DNA of 64,000 nt, from contig OY761556.1 of NCBI GenBank assembly GCA_963664705.1, positions 3,584,001 through 3,648,000 on the forward strand, in the 5' to 3' direction. Origin of the DNA: Acidobacteriota bacterium. Its GTDB lineage: Bacteria > Acidobacteriota > UBA6911. Positions 30,588 through 40,899 of the stretch are shown one piece after another. Positions within the stretch are counted from its first letter, which is position 1; each line of letters begins with the position of its first letter. The notes below the pieces were generated by a model. The model was not told the DNA's origin and did no database searches. It was given only the letters and a program-made list of their open reading frames with translations. Position numbers and translations under genes: made by a program.

Positions 30588-32030
30588 TTATGGGTAGATA
30601 CGGTAGAAGCGGGAGGTAATGGGTTCTCTCCTGTGATTCTTCATGAACAGGTGAAAGTGGAGGTATTCGGTCTCGAAATACCTCCAGCCCAATGGATCTT
30701 CGCTCAAATAAACCGGGATTTGATCCGCCCATGCTTTCTGGATGGTATTCTCCGCAGCTGCTGGATTCCAGTCCCAGCCCGACCAGAGTATTTGCCACTT
30801 TGGCCGGACTCCGATCCCTCGATAATAATCCAGCATGGGACTGTAGTTTCCTGCAATCAGCAAAGCCTCGCCGGGAACTGCATCCCGGATTGCCCGAGCA
30901 CTCTGCATTTTCTGCGCCTGATTCTGGAAATACGGATGAAGCACCATAATGGCCAGGCCGAACATCAACACGTGTGCCGCAGCCCAAAACAAAAGCCCCT
31001 TCCGAGAAGCTATCCATCGATCGTAGATATGGGAAGAAAAGATCAGGACTCCCGGCATCGCAACCAGGAGATACCTTGGATGAATCTGCACATCCGCATC
31101 CCGCCACAGCATTATCACTGGCAACGCCACGGCACTTACGAACCCCCAAACGCCATTGGGAATCGACGGACCTGCGATCAAATTGCCCGGAGAGCCCTCT
31201 GCTCGCTTCCTGCGCCGCAGAAAGCCCGCAATCGCCAGCGCCAGCCAGGAGGCTGGGCAGATCGCAAGCGTCCACAGGAGGCTTGCCTGGATGTTGTTCA
31301 AAACCTGCAAATGACCCATCGGAATGGCATGCAGCCACACCCTGGTGTGCTCAATAAATCCGGCTGGATCCAGGAAGTAGAATGCGACCACCGGAGCAAG
31401 CGTTGCCACGGCCGCAGCCAGGCCAAAGATAATCGTCGAGCCGATTCGAGATTTCCTTCTTTCCGGCCGGCTCCAGAGAATCCAGAGATATGCAGCTCCC
31501 ATCGTAATAGCCTGCTCCCGGATGCCCACAGCCAATCCAAAAATCAAACCACTCACAATTTCATTCACAACGGGATATCGGCCGTCGGGCTTCCACAGGA
31601 TGAGCGCAGCCGCTATTAATGCCACCAGCATCGGGACTTCCGTCATGATGAATCCCGAATAGATGGCATACATCGGCGAAATCGCGAATGCCAGTACCGC
31701 CAGTCGAGCAGCGGAGGGAGAAAGCAACTGGCGTGCGAGCTGCCTAAACAGCACTACTCCAATAACGCCAATCACGATCGTTCCCAGCATGATCACAACC
31801 TCGACTTGGAGAGGCCCGAGGTGGAAAATCGATTTGGCAATCTCCCATAGCAATATGTTATAGCCAAGAAATGCGGGCCGGCCGAATCCCAGAGCCGACA
31901 ACTGATGCGAAACAATCTGCTTTAAATAATCGTAGCTGTCCCACTGGCCGAGGAAGGTTGCGCACCCGGACAAATAGAGGAAAAAAGCGATTGCCGGCAG
32001 CATGAATGAAGATCGAAAAAATCTCAACAT
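30588..32030 (-). CDS. GT-C (ArnT/PMT-like) membrane glycosyltransferase
   Basis: Multi-TM protein with a WDSYDY acidic first loop, IMTEVP and HPRYLL. Confidence 0.7.
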   Translation of the reverse strand: MLRFFRSSFMLPAIAFFLYLSGCATFLGQWDSYDYLKQIVSHQLSALGFGRPAFLGYNILLWEIAKSIFHLGPLQVEVVIMLGTIVIGVIGVVLFRQLARQLLSPSAARLAVLAFAISPMYAIYSGFIMTEVPMLVALIAAALILWKPDGRYPVVNEIVSGLIFGLAVGIREQAITMGAAYLWILWSRPERRKSRIGSTIIFGLAAAVATLAPVVAFYFLDPAGFIEHTRVWLHAIPMGHLQVLNNIQASLLWTLAICPASWLALAIAGFLRRRKRAEGSPGNLIAGPSIPNGVWGFVSAVALPVIMLWRDADVQIHPRYLLVAMPGVLIFSSHIYDRWIASRKGLLFWAAAHVLMFGLAIMVLHPYFQNQAQKMQSARAIRDAVPGEALLIAGNYSPMLDYYRGIGVRPKWQILWSGWDWNPAAAENTIQKAWADQIPVYLSEDPLGWRYFETEYLHFHLFMKNHRREPITSRFYRIYP

Positions 32031-32096
32031 AGGATTTTTGATTCTGGATATCGTGTGGCGATATCCAGTAAGCCAATCAACAAAAACATAACAGAA

Positions 32097-32807
32097 TTAC
32101 TTCCCCGTCGTTGTCACGAGACCGCGTTCGTATATTGTAATTTCCGGGGTCCGTCGGCTGCTGGTCTTTACAATGATCGTGCCATAATGATGTCCGGGCT
32201 TTGCTTGAGCCTTTTGCGTCGCAATCAGCCGGATTTTCCTGCCATTGCTTCCCGGAACAGCCTCAAGCCTGACGTCAATGTTCGGATCCTTTGAAATCGC
32301 GGAGAGAATCTTGATGGGCTTTGGTTCCGGAATAGTCATAATAATTTCCCGAATAACTTCTTTGCCCACCGGGATATTTTCAAAGAAGATTGCCGTATCC
32401 GACATCGCAATTTCGGGATCAACGGTAGCCTTGATAGATAGCGTAATGCTCGGATTGCGCGGATCGTTGGTTGCGACCGCAATTCTTTTCAATATCGGCC
32501 CGGAGAAACCATCCGTCTTTACACTTGCCTCAATCTGACCGCTTTTCCCGGCTGGAATTTTCTTCGCTGACAGCAAAGTGGCTTCGCATCCTCAGGAATG
32601 CTCTATCCCCGCGATTTCGAGAGTGCCGCCCCCTTTATTGACAAACGTAAAAACCTGCTTGATAACATCCCCCTGTTGGACCGTCCCGGCATCTTTGCTG
32701 ATATTATCGAACTGAATCCATGGCTTTCCCTGCCCGAACGCGCCCGCAAAGACCAGCATGCTGACAATAACGATCGCAGGAACTCGAGAGATTGGATTGT
32801 CTTTCAA
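32097..32807 (-). CDS. DUF1573-domain exported protein, probable selenoprotein (TGA at 32594-32592 read as Sec), 236 aa
   Basis: ORFs 32592..32807 and 32097..32576 are in one frame and read ...GTLEIAGIEHS-TGA-GCEATLLSAKKIPAGKSGQI, aligning with the DUF1573 SCGC motif. Confidence 0.8.
32562..32578 (-). promoter_or_regulatory. Candidate bacterial SECIS hairpin
   Basis: mRNA CUUUGCU-GUC-AGCGAAG: 7-bp stem, G first in the loop, loop about 20 nt after the UGA. Confidence 0.55.
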
Positions 32808-32825
32808 TGTTTATGATTCCCAGGC

Positions 32826-33794
32826 TTAAGCGTTTGTGGCGGGATAAGCGCCCCACGTTTTTGCTTCGCGCACGCCTCGCAGAATGGCCATCGACATTGT
32901 CTCTGCGGCCAGCGCTCCGATGATCCCTACTTCCACTTTTCTTCTTCCTCGCCAGGCGCCGGTGCTGACGGCGAAAATGGTATCGCCATCCCATGGCATG
33001 TGTGACGGGTACACGCATCGTGCCAATCCATCCTGTGCCATCTGGGCAACCTTCGTGCATTCGGCCTTGGTGAGGCTGGCGTTGGTCGCCACAACACCAA
33101 TCACCGTATTGCCCCGAAAAGGAAGCGGCAGACTACCCTTTCGAAGTTCTTCTATCGCGTCGATAAAACCCTTTCCATCCTTGCGACGCGCACCGGCAAT
33201 AGTCTTGCCGGTTTGGGGATCAATGACATTCCCGACCGCGTTCACCGCCACCAGCGCGCCAACCTTCAATCCCCCCGCAATTGTAACCGACCAGGAGCCG
33301 AGGCCGCCCTTCATGGCGGTCTCCGGTCCCATCATCTTCCCAACAGTTGCGCCGGCGCCGGCGCCAACGTTCCCTTCCGCGACCGGACCTGAATGCGCTG
33401 AACGCATTGCTTCATAACCGGCTTTGGCATCCGGCCTTATATGCGGATCGCCGACCAATAGATCGAATAGAATGGCACCACAGACAATCGGAACCCTGGC
33501 CACACCCGTATCAAACCCGCGGCCCTGCTCCTCGAGAAAGCGAGAGATTCCAGCCCCCGTTTCGAGACCAAAGGCGCTTCCACCGGAGAGAAAAATGGCG
33601 TCAATCTGATCCACGCTGTTCTCCGGTTTCAACAACTCTGTTTCCCGCGTGCCCGGGGCGCCTCCCCGCACGTCAACGCCGGCCACAAAGGGCTTGTCTG
33701 CCGTAATGACCGTGCACCCGGTTGGGCGCTTGCGCAGGGTGTGGTGGCCGACTAAAATTCCATCGATGTCGGTAAGACATGGCGTAGGATTCAT
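32826..33794 (-). CDS. P1/DmpA (S58) family peptidase
   Basis: VDVRGGAPGTRET, LSGGSAFGL, GNVGAGAG, GN/TVIGVVATN autocleavage site and DGDTIFA. Confidence 0.92.
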   Translation of the reverse strand: MNPTPCLTDIDGILVGHHTLRKRPTGCTVITADKPFVAGVDVRGGAPGTRETELLKPENSVDQIDAIFLSGGSAFGLETGAGISRFLEEQGRGFDTGVARVPIVCGAILFDLLVGDPHIRPDAKAGYEAMRSAHSGPVAEGNVGAGAGATVGKMMGPETAMKGGLGSWSVTIAGGLKVGALVAVNAVGNVIDPQTGKTIAGARRKDGKGFIDAIEELRKGSLPLPFRGNTVIGVVATNASLTKAECTKVAQMAQDGLARCVYPSHMPWDGDTIFAVSTGAWRGRRKVEVGIIGALAAETMSMAILRGVREAKTWGAYPATNA

Positions 33795-34103
33795 AGGGTC
33801 CCCCAAATGGTCTAAAGTCGAAGTTTTTCAAAATTTTGTGATTACCGCAACTCCTTATTCCGTAATTCCTGCTAAACTCCACAGGACACATCATGGACAT
33901 AGAGAATCCAGGCTTTTGGATTGCATTATTGACCGGAGTTTCGTGCCTCGGAATCTTTGTATGGTGGCTTTGGAAGGGCGGCAGGAAATCCCGGTAAAAA
34001 TCGGATAAAGCCCAAGGCAAAAAATGTGTATTGCCCCAACGTTTTTGGTAGATTACTGTGGGTTTGGGGCGATTTACTCTGAAGGCATCTAGGCATCTTT
34101 GGA

Positions 34104-36143
34104 ATGCAGACGACCAGGCATCATATTCTTTTAACTGGCGGTGGCACCGCCGGGCATGTTAATCCGGCACTTGCGATAGGGTCCGCCCTTGCTTCGCCTG
34201 ACACTCGCTTTTTATTCGTGGGCGTTCGCGGCAGAGTGGAAGAAGAGGTAGTGCCGCGCGAAGGCATTCCCATTAAGTACGTTCACGCCTCAGGATTCCC
34301 CAGCGGCATTTCCGCAGACCTGGTCAAGTTCGGAATTCATCTCTCAATCGGAGTTCTGCAATCCCTGCTGATTCTGGTCCGATTCCGCCCGGAGATCATC
34401 ATTGGAACCGGCGGTTATGTGTCCGCGCCGGTTATCATGGCTGCCGCCATCCTTCGTAAGCTGCACCTTTTGAACTCGCGGGTCTACATTCACGAACAAA
34501 ATGCCGTCCCAGGCAAGCTCAACCGGGTCATGGGCCGCTTTGCCCACCGCGTACTGGTAACCTTCCCGGAAACGCTGTCTTATTTCGCCGAAAGCGGAGT
34601 GGTGGTCGGGTATCCATTGCGGAGGCGAATCTCTCGCGTCAGCCGCGAAGAAGCGAGACAACGATCCGCCATCAAAATACCCGAGGGACGTAAAGTTATC
34701 CTGGTTTTTGGAGGATCCCAGGGATCCCGGACCATCAACCGGGCCTTGGTGGATGCGCTCCAGTATCTGCATCCTTACCGGGATAAGATATTTATCGTTC
34801 ACGGAGTAGGGTTGTTCAAGAGCGCCGAATATAATTCCACGGCCGATACGGAAGCGCGCCTGCGTAAGCTCTACAGCGAGCAACAGCGCAAGGAAATCGA
34901 TGGCTTTTATACATACCAGGCATTTTTTCACGATATCGAGCTTCTTTATGCGATGAGTGATCTCGTTGTGGCGCGGGCCGGCGCCGGAAGCCTGAACGAA
35001 ATTTCCGCCATGGGACTTCCCGCAATCATCATCCCGAAATCCAATCTGCCAGGCGACCACCAGGTCATGAATGCCAGGGCCATGGAACGGGCCGGAGGCG
35101 CAGAGCTCCTTTACGAACAAATCGCGCCGGTTGACGGGGCACTTTCCGAATGGGTTGATGGAAGGCTGCTCGCGGACAAGATCATGGCCCTGCTGCAAAA
35201 TGCATCCCGATTGCAGAAGATGCGGGAAAGCAGCGGCTCATTTCTCAACCAGGATGCGCTGATTCATATCGAACGGCTGGTAAGAGGAAATGAAATACCT
35301 GCCGGCCTGAATCCTTCTCCCAAGGACAGCGCGGCGCATAGCATTCCTCTTCCCGGGAACAGGGCTCTCTTGATGCTGCTGGAAAAAGCAGCGATCAAAC
35401 AAAAATCCGCCTACAAACCCGATGTCGTTATTGCACGGGCTGAAGATCAGGAATATTTGAGAAACAGGGCGAGCGCTCTCCTGATTCACCCCGCCTGGCA
35501 GGAGCGAAATGTCGGAGTCAAGCTCCTGGGCCTGCTTCATGCCAAAGACAAGATTCCGGCGCTGTTGACGCTATTCAATGACAGGAAGCGAACATCGCTG
35601 CTGAAAAGGGCTTTTGGAGGCGACTTCGAGCAGGTTGGGTTCATTCGGCGAAATGTGATCTCCTCTCTCGTACGACTAAACGAAATCACTCCCGATGTCG
35701 AAAATGCGCTACTGGCTGGAATGCAGGATCCTTATTATGAGGTTCGGGCGGAAGCGGCGCGGGCTACCGCCTTTTTTGGAGCCAGGCTCTCCTCTCCCGA
35801 CAAATTCATCGATGCGCTTCTGAGTCTTCTTACGGACACGACCATCGACGTGAGTGTGGCTGCAGCGGAGGCTTTGGGCAAAATCGGCAGGGAAACGGAT
35901 GCTTTGCCCGCTCTTCTTGGATTGTGGGACACGCGCTTTTGGAAAGTGCGTGCGGCTGTGCTTCGCGGCCTCTATTACCTGGTTGATCGAGGACAGGTCC
36001 GCCATCTGGAGCTTCTCGAGGCCCAGGTTCCCAAGTTTATCCTGACATCCACCGACTTTGCTCCACAGTTTGAAATCAAGGCAGCGTACCGACAACTTAT
36101 GGAATCTGTGTCCGGGAGAAAAGAAAAGAGACTCGCCCAATGA
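34104..36143 (+). CDS. murG: MurG-type GT28 glycosyltransferase fused to C-terminal HEAT repeats
   Basis: GGGTAGHVNP, GTGGYVS, HEQN, GGSQGS, RAGAGS and HQ.MNA; extra ~280 aa carrying HEAT motifs (DPYYEVRAEAARA, VSVAAAEALGKIG). Confidence 0.88.
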   Translation: MQTTRHHILLTGGGTAGHVNPALAIGSALASPDTRFLFVGVRGRVEEEVVPREGIPIKYVHASGFPSGISADLVKFGIHLSIGVLQSLLILVRFRPEIIIGTGGYVSAPVIMAAAILRKLHLLNSRVYIHEQNAVPGKLNRVMGRFAHRVLVTFPETLSYFAESGVVVGYPLRRRISRVSREEARQRSAIKIPEGRKVILVFGGSQGSRTINRALVDALQYLHPYRDKIFIVHGVGLFKSAEYNSTADTEARLRKLYSEQQRKEIDGFYTYQAFFHDIELLYAMSDLVVARAGAGSLNEISAMGLPAIIIPKSNLPGDHQVMNARAMERAGGAELLYEQIAPVDGALSEWVDGRLLADKIMALLQNASRLQKMRESSGSFLNQDALIHIERLVRGNEIPAGLNPSPKDSAAHSIPLPGNRALLMLLEKAAIKQKSAYKPDVVIARAEDQEYLRNRASALLIHPAWQERNVGVKLLGLLHAKDKIPALLTLFNDRKRTSLLKRAFGGDFEQVGFIRRNVISSLVRLNEITPDVENALLAGMQDPYYEVRAEAARATAFFGARLSSPDKFIDALLSLLTDTTIDVSVAAAEALGKIGRETDALPALLGLWDTRFWKVRAAVLRGLYYLVDRGQVRHLELLEAQVPKFILTSTDFAPQFEIKAAYRQLMESVSGRKEKRLAQ

Positions 36144-37246
36144 TCTATTTTCTTGGTAGGTTCCTGCACCCTCGCTTTGAAATATTTTCATTTTTGCGCC
36201 TCGTCGAATATATCTCGGCCCGGGCAATCGGGGCGGCTTTGACCGCCATCATCCTAACACTTGTCATTACTCCCATGTTCATACGGTATCTGCACCGGCA
36301 CGGACTGGTGGATCAATGGCGGGATACCGGCGTGGCATCCGCATCGGATAAGGCCGGAACGCCGGCGATGGGCGGAGCGGTGGTTACGGGTTGCGTCCTC
36401 CTCTCATGTCTGCTTTGGTGCAACCTGGCAAACGGATACCTGCTGGCGGTACTTCTGGGAATGGCGTGGTTCGGTTTCATCGGGTTTCTTGACGACAAAG
36501 CCAAAACCCGCGCAAAATCGGGAGACCATGGTCTTTCGGAATCGAAGAAGCTTGTTCTCCAGGCAGCTTTTGCCGCCATCCTGGTCGCCTATCTCGCCAG
36601 TCCCTTTTCTCCACTGCCGTCTGGCCAGATGAGCACATTCTATATTCCATTCATGAAAGCGCCGTTGTTTGATTCTCCCTGGATCTACTTCCCGATCGTA
36701 TTCTTTTTCATTTTGGTCGTCGGCAACGCAGTCAATATCACAGACGGTTTGGATGGCCTTGCCATTGTCCCCTCAATGTTCGTGCTTGGAGTACTCGGTG
36801 TATTCGGCTACCTGCTCGGAAACGCCCGATGGGCTCCATACCTGAACTACCCATTCCTGCCGGGAGCTGGCGAACTGACAATCTTCGCTTCGGCATTTAC
36901 CGGCGCCGGAATCGGATTCCTCTGGTTCAATGCCTACCCTGCGCAGGTGTTTATGGGAGACACGGGAGCGCTTGCCATGGGCGGATGCATGGCGGTGCTA
37001 TCCATTGTATTGAAGCAGGAAATGCTCTTCGTGATATTGGGCGGGCTTTTTGTAGCCGAAGCAGTCAGTTCTCAAATACAAGACAAGATCGGAATCAAGT
37101 GGCTCGGACGGCGGTTGTTCCTGAGAGCGCCCCTGCATCACCAGATGCAGCATAAAGGTCTGGCCGAAACCAAGGTGGTCATCCGATTGTGGATTGTGGC
37201 CGGCATCCTGGCCCTGATAGCTCTATCCACCCTCAAACTGCGCTGA
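36140..37246 (+). CDS. mraY: Phospho-N-acetylmuramoyl-pentapeptide transferase (divergent)
   Basis: KAGTPAMGG, GFLDD, NAVNITDGLDGL, FNAYPAQVFMGDTG and APLHHQ; ATGA overlap with murG. Confidence 0.92.
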   Translation: MIYFLGRFLHPRFEIFSFLRLVEYISARAIGAALTAIILTLVITPMFIRYLHRHGLVDQWRDTGVASASDKAGTPAMGGAVVTGCVLLSCLLWCNLANGYLLAVLLGMAWFGFIGFLDDKAKTRAKSGDHGLSESKKLVLQAAFAAILVAYLASPFSPLPSGQMSTFYIPFMKAPLFDSPWIYFPIVFFFILVVGNAVNITDGLDGLAIVPSMFVLGVLGVFGYLLGNARWAPYLNYPFLPGAGELTIFASAFTGAGIGFLWFNAYPAQVFMGDTGALAMGGCMAVLSIVLKQEMLFVILGGLFVAEAVSSQIQDKIGIKWLGRRLFLRAPLHHQMQHKGLAETKVVIRLWIVAGILALIALSTLKLR

Positions 37247-37277
37247 CGACACAACCGGGTCCCCAGGCCAAAACCTC

Positions 37278-38858
37278 ATGCAAAAAGCCTCTCCTTTAAA
37301 AAAAAGGACATCGAGCCGCAACGCCATCCTCGTGGGGGCAGGCATTCTCTTCAGCCGGGTCATCGGCCTTGTGCGAGAACGCATCTTTGCCCATTATTTC
37401 GGCAACTCCGATGCGGCGGATGCTTTCAAGGCGGCACTGAAGATACCCAACCTGCTGCAGAACCTGTTTGGTGAGGGCGCATTATCCTCGTCCTTCATTC
37501 CGGTATATGCCAACCTGATGGCTACGGGTAAAAAAGAGGAAGCCGACCGCGTCGCAAGGGTTGTTGGCTCCATCCTGGCATTGTCGATGGCTGTGCTTGT
37601 GCTCTTGGGGGTGCTCGGGACGCCCTATCTGATCGATCTTGTTGCCCCGGGGTTCGAGGGGGCAAAGCGCGAGTTAACAATCCGGATGGTGCGCATTCTT
37701 TTTCCCGGTGTCGGGATATTGGTGCTCTCTGCATGGTGTCTTGGAATACTCAATAGCCACAGGCATTTCTTTCTCCCCTACGCAGCGCCTGTCCTCTGGA
37801 ATGCTTCGATGATTGTCGCGCTCCTTGGGTTTGGCGGCACGCGCCAACTCTTTCCCCTGGCGGAGATCGTGGCCTGGGGATCCGTGGTCGGAAGTTTTCT
37901 GCAATTCGGCATTCAATTCCCTTCCGTGCTGCGGCTGGCAGGCAGATTCCGATTCCAGTTCGACCTCGTGTCTGCCAGCGTTCGCGCGGTAATTCGCAAC
38001 TTTATTCCGGGAATTGCCAGCCGGGGAGTAAACCAGGTAAGCAGCTATGTAGATGTCACGCTGGCAAGTCTTTTGCCCAACGCCGGCGCAGTCTCCGCGC
38101 TTGCCTACGCCCAAACAATTTATCTATTGCCCGTAAGCCTCTTTGGAATGTCCATCTCCAATGCCGAATTACCTGAAATGGCCAGCCAGACCGGAACTGG
38201 CGAGAGCATCGCAACCGCCCTTCGGACGAGATTGAATGGAGCGATGCGGCGTGTGGCATTCTTTATCATTCCATCGGTCGCCGCTTTCCTGGCCCTCGGC
38301 GACAGCCTCGTAGCACTGCTCTATCAGACCGGAAAGTTCACGAGAAATGATGTGGAATATGTCTGGATCGTGCTGGCAGGATCTACAGTCGGGCTGCTCG
38401 CCTCCACCCTGGGCCGCCTGTATACCTCCGCATTTTGGGCTCTGCGCGACACCCGGACCCCTTTGAGATTTGCCACCCTGAGGGTTCTGCTGACCGGCAT
38501 TCTGGGCTGGCTGCTTGCCTTCCCCGCACCGAGGTGGTTCGGTATTCCCGCACGGTTTGGGCTTGTCGGACTGACCGTCTCCGCGGGCATGGCAGCCTGG
38601 ATCGAGTTTGCGCTGTTGCGATCAGCGATGAACCGCAAGATAGGAAAAACCGGCCTGCACTATCCAGATATCCTGAAGCTTTGGGGAATCGCCATTGCAG
38701 CCGGATCTCTTGCCTTCCCTATAAAGATATGGACGGCAGCGGTCCCGCCGCTTGTTTCCGGAGCTGTCGTTCTGTCCGTCTACGGGCTGGCCTATTTTGG
38801 ATTCGCCACGGCCCTGCGCTTTCCCGAAACCAAAATATTCAGGATTGGGCAGAAGTAG
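37278..38858 (+). CDS. murJ: Lipid II flippase MurJ (MviN)
   Basis: SRVIGLVRE, ADAF..A.KIPNLLQNLFGEGALSSSFIP and AF.ALRDTRTP. Confidence 0.93.
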   Translation: MQKASPLKKRTSSRNAILVGAGILFSRVIGLVRERIFAHYFGNSDAADAFKAALKIPNLLQNLFGEGALSSSFIPVYANLMATGKKEEADRVARVVGSILALSMAVLVLLGVLGTPYLIDLVAPGFEGAKRELTIRMVRILFPGVGILVLSAWCLGILNSHRHFFLPYAAPVLWNASMIVALLGFGGTRQLFPLAEIVAWGSVVGSFLQFGIQFPSVLRLAGRFRFQFDLVSASVRAVIRNFIPGIASRGVNQVSSYVDVTLASLLPNAGAVSALAYAQTIYLLPVSLFGMSISNAELPEMASQTGTGESIATALRTRLNGAMRRVAFFIIPSVAAFLALGDSLVALLYQTGKFTRNDVEYVWIVLAGSTVGLLASTLGRLYTSAFWALRDTRTPLRFATLRVLLTGILGWLLAFPAPRWFGIPARFGLVGLTVSAGMAAWIEFALLRSAMNRKIGKTGLHYPDILKLWGIAIAAGSLAFPIKIWTAAVPPLVSGAVVLSVYGLAYFGFATALRFPETKIFRIGQK

Positions 38859-38890
38859 GCTTCCTATATTCAAAGAGCCGCAACCTGAAA

Positions 38891-39448
38891 TTACAGGGTT
38901 TTGAGTTTGGGCTGGATGGCTTTGAATTCATCGGTTCCCGCGCGGCGCAACCATTCAAATACAACAGACTCGGCGGTGCTCAGCATTAACCCACTCTGTT
39001 TCAGACGCCCCAAGGCAATTTTGACGTCGAACGGCCGGCGCGAGGATACGGCGTCGGCGGCAACAATGACGCGCTCCCCTTTATGCGTGAGATCCAGCGC
39101 GGTTTGCGCAACGCAAATATGCGCCTCAATCCCGGTCAGGATGATCTGATCACGATGCAGTGCGGCGAGTTTTTCGCGGAAAGCGTCCCCCGCGGCGCAA
39201 GAAAAATCCATCTTGGGCAATGGCTGAATCTCTGGAATGGATTCGCGGATCTGCGGGATGGTGGGTCCCAGCCCCTTGGGATATTGCTCTGTCAACAGAA
39301 TGGGCACGCCCATCAACCTGGCTCCCGTGATCAGCAGATCGATTCGCGCCAGGAGGCGCTCGGATTCGTGAACATGCGGAAAAAGCTTTTCTTGAACATC
39401 AATGATCACCAAGGCACTTCGATCGCGATCCAATAATTCACCAATCAT
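38891..39448 (-). CDS. Isochorismatase-family hydrolase
   Basis: IIDVQEKL, TEQYPKGLG.T, KMDFSC and GIEAHICVAQTALD. Confidence 0.93.
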   Translation of the reverse strand: MIGELLDRDRSALVIIDVQEKLFPHVHESERLLARIDLLITGARLMGVPILLTEQYPKGLGPTIPQIRESIPEIQPLPKMDFSCAAGDAFREKLAALHRDQIILTGIEAHICVAQTALDLTHKGERVIVAADAVSSRRPFDVKIALGRLKQSGLMLSTAESVVFEWLRRAGTDEFKAIQPKLKTL

Positions 39449-39571
39449 TTAGGTAATCCCCCTACCCTGACATTAGCACACCACGGCAACCGACCTCATG
39501 ATAATTCGGAGATCCAGTGACAGAATCGGCCAATTGGATTAATCTATAGGGTTTTAGAAGCGGAGGCACTC

Positions 39572-40318
39572 ATGAAAAAGTTAGTACTGTTGCGGCATGG
39601 AGAAAGCGTGTGGAATAGGGAGAACCTGTTCACAGGCTGGACCGATGTGGAACTCAGCGAAAAAGGGACTCAGGAGGCCATGGAAGCAGGACGCGTCCTG
39701 CGATCAGAGGGATTTGTTTTTGACGTTGCTTATACATCTGTTCTGAAGCGGGCCATTAAAACTCTCTGGCTTGCACTGGAAGAGATGGATCTGATGTGGA
39801 TTCCGGTCCACAATCACTGGCGCCTCAATGAGCGTCACTATGGCGCCCTGCAAGGTTTGAACAAGGTTGCCATGGTTGACAAGTTCGGGGCAGAGCAGGT
39901 GCGGTTATGGCGCCGCAGCTACGATGTCCCACCGCCTGCACTGGATCCGAATGATGAACGATCTCCCGCCCGGGATCCTCGCTATGCCAGCCTGGAGTCG
40001 AAGGATATTCCTTTGGCTGAATGCTTGAAGGACACAGTCGCGCGTGTTCTGCCGTTTTGGCATCAAACCATCGCGCCGGCAGTACAGTCCGGCCAACGTC
40101 TGATTGTCACCGCCCACGGCAACAGCATGCGCGCTCTGGTGAAATACCTGGATAACATTCCTGATGAAGAGATCGTCGGAGTGAACATCCCCACCGGAGT
40201 TCCGCTGGTTTATGAGTTCAATGACGACATGACGCCCATCCGTCACTATTACCTCGGTGACCAGGATGCAATCCAGAAGGCCGTGCAGCAAGTGGCCGAC
40301 CAGACCAAAAAGAAGTAA
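39572..40318 (+). CDS. gpmA: 2,3-bisphosphoglycerate-dependent phosphoglycerate mutase
   Basis: [25 protein letters not shown] and IPTGVP. Confidence 0.97.
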   Translation: MKKLVLLRHGESVWNRENLFTGWTDVELSEKGTQEAMEAGRVLRSEGFVFDVAYTSVLKRAIKTLWLALEEMDLMWIPVHNHWRLNERHYGALQGLNKVAMVDKFGAEQVRLWRRSYDVPPPALDPNDERSPARDPRYASLESKDIPLAECLKDTVARVLPFWHQTIAPAVQSGQRLIVTAHGNSMRALVKYLDNIPDEEIVGVNIPTGVPLVYEFNDDMTPIRHYYLGDQDAIQKAVQQVADQTKKK

Positions 40319-40371
40319 TCGCCAACATCCATATTCTCGAAGGCGGGACGAAACATGCCCGGCCTTCGAGG

Positions 40372-40836
40372 ATGGCAGGGAAATACATGCTTCCAAAAGC
40401 GGCTTTGCAGGAATTTGTTGATACAACGGTGAATGTGCGTTACGCGGAAACCGACCAGATGGGTGTCGTTTATCATGCCAACTATCTTGTGTGGTTTGAA
40501 GTCGGACGAAACGCCTGGTGCAAAGCCAAGGGGTTTCAGTATGCAGAACTGGAATCCAAATCCAACCGCTTTCTCGTGGTAGCCGAGGCGGGATGCCGGT
40601 ATAAGTCACCCGCGCGCTTCGAAGACGATATCATCGTTAGAACCTCTCTGGCCAAAGCAACGGATCGGGTCATCCGCTATCACTATGAAATCCGAAGAAA
40701 GCGGGACAACCACCTGCTGGCTACGGGAGATACCGCGCATGTTATAACCGACCGGCGGCATCGGCCATCACGCCTGCCGGACAATTACCGCGATTTTTTC
40801 TCGCTCCCACCCAGAAAAACTGCGAGCGATTCCTAA
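40372..40836 (+). CDS. Acyl-CoA thioesterase (YbgC/4-HBT family)
   Basis: VRYAETDQMGVVYHANYLVWFEVGR. Confidence 0.92.
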   Translation: MAGKYMLPKAALQEFVDTTVNVRYAETDQMGVVYHANYLVWFEVGRNAWCKAKGFQYAELESKSNRFLVVAEAGCRYKSPARFEDDIIVRTSLAKATDRVIRYHYEIRRKRDNHLLATGDTAHVITDRRHRPSRLPDNYRDFFSLPPRKTASDS

Positions 40837-40899
40837 TCGCAGATGCCTTGCATTCCTATTATTGGGATGTCTAAATAGAACGGAATGGGGGTATAGTCT

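Noticed and set aside
32097-32807. Pseudogene or two separate small genes
   Set aside because: The single TGA falls exactly on a motif Cys, the frame is otherwise intact and a SECIS-like hairpin follows, so recoding is the better explanation
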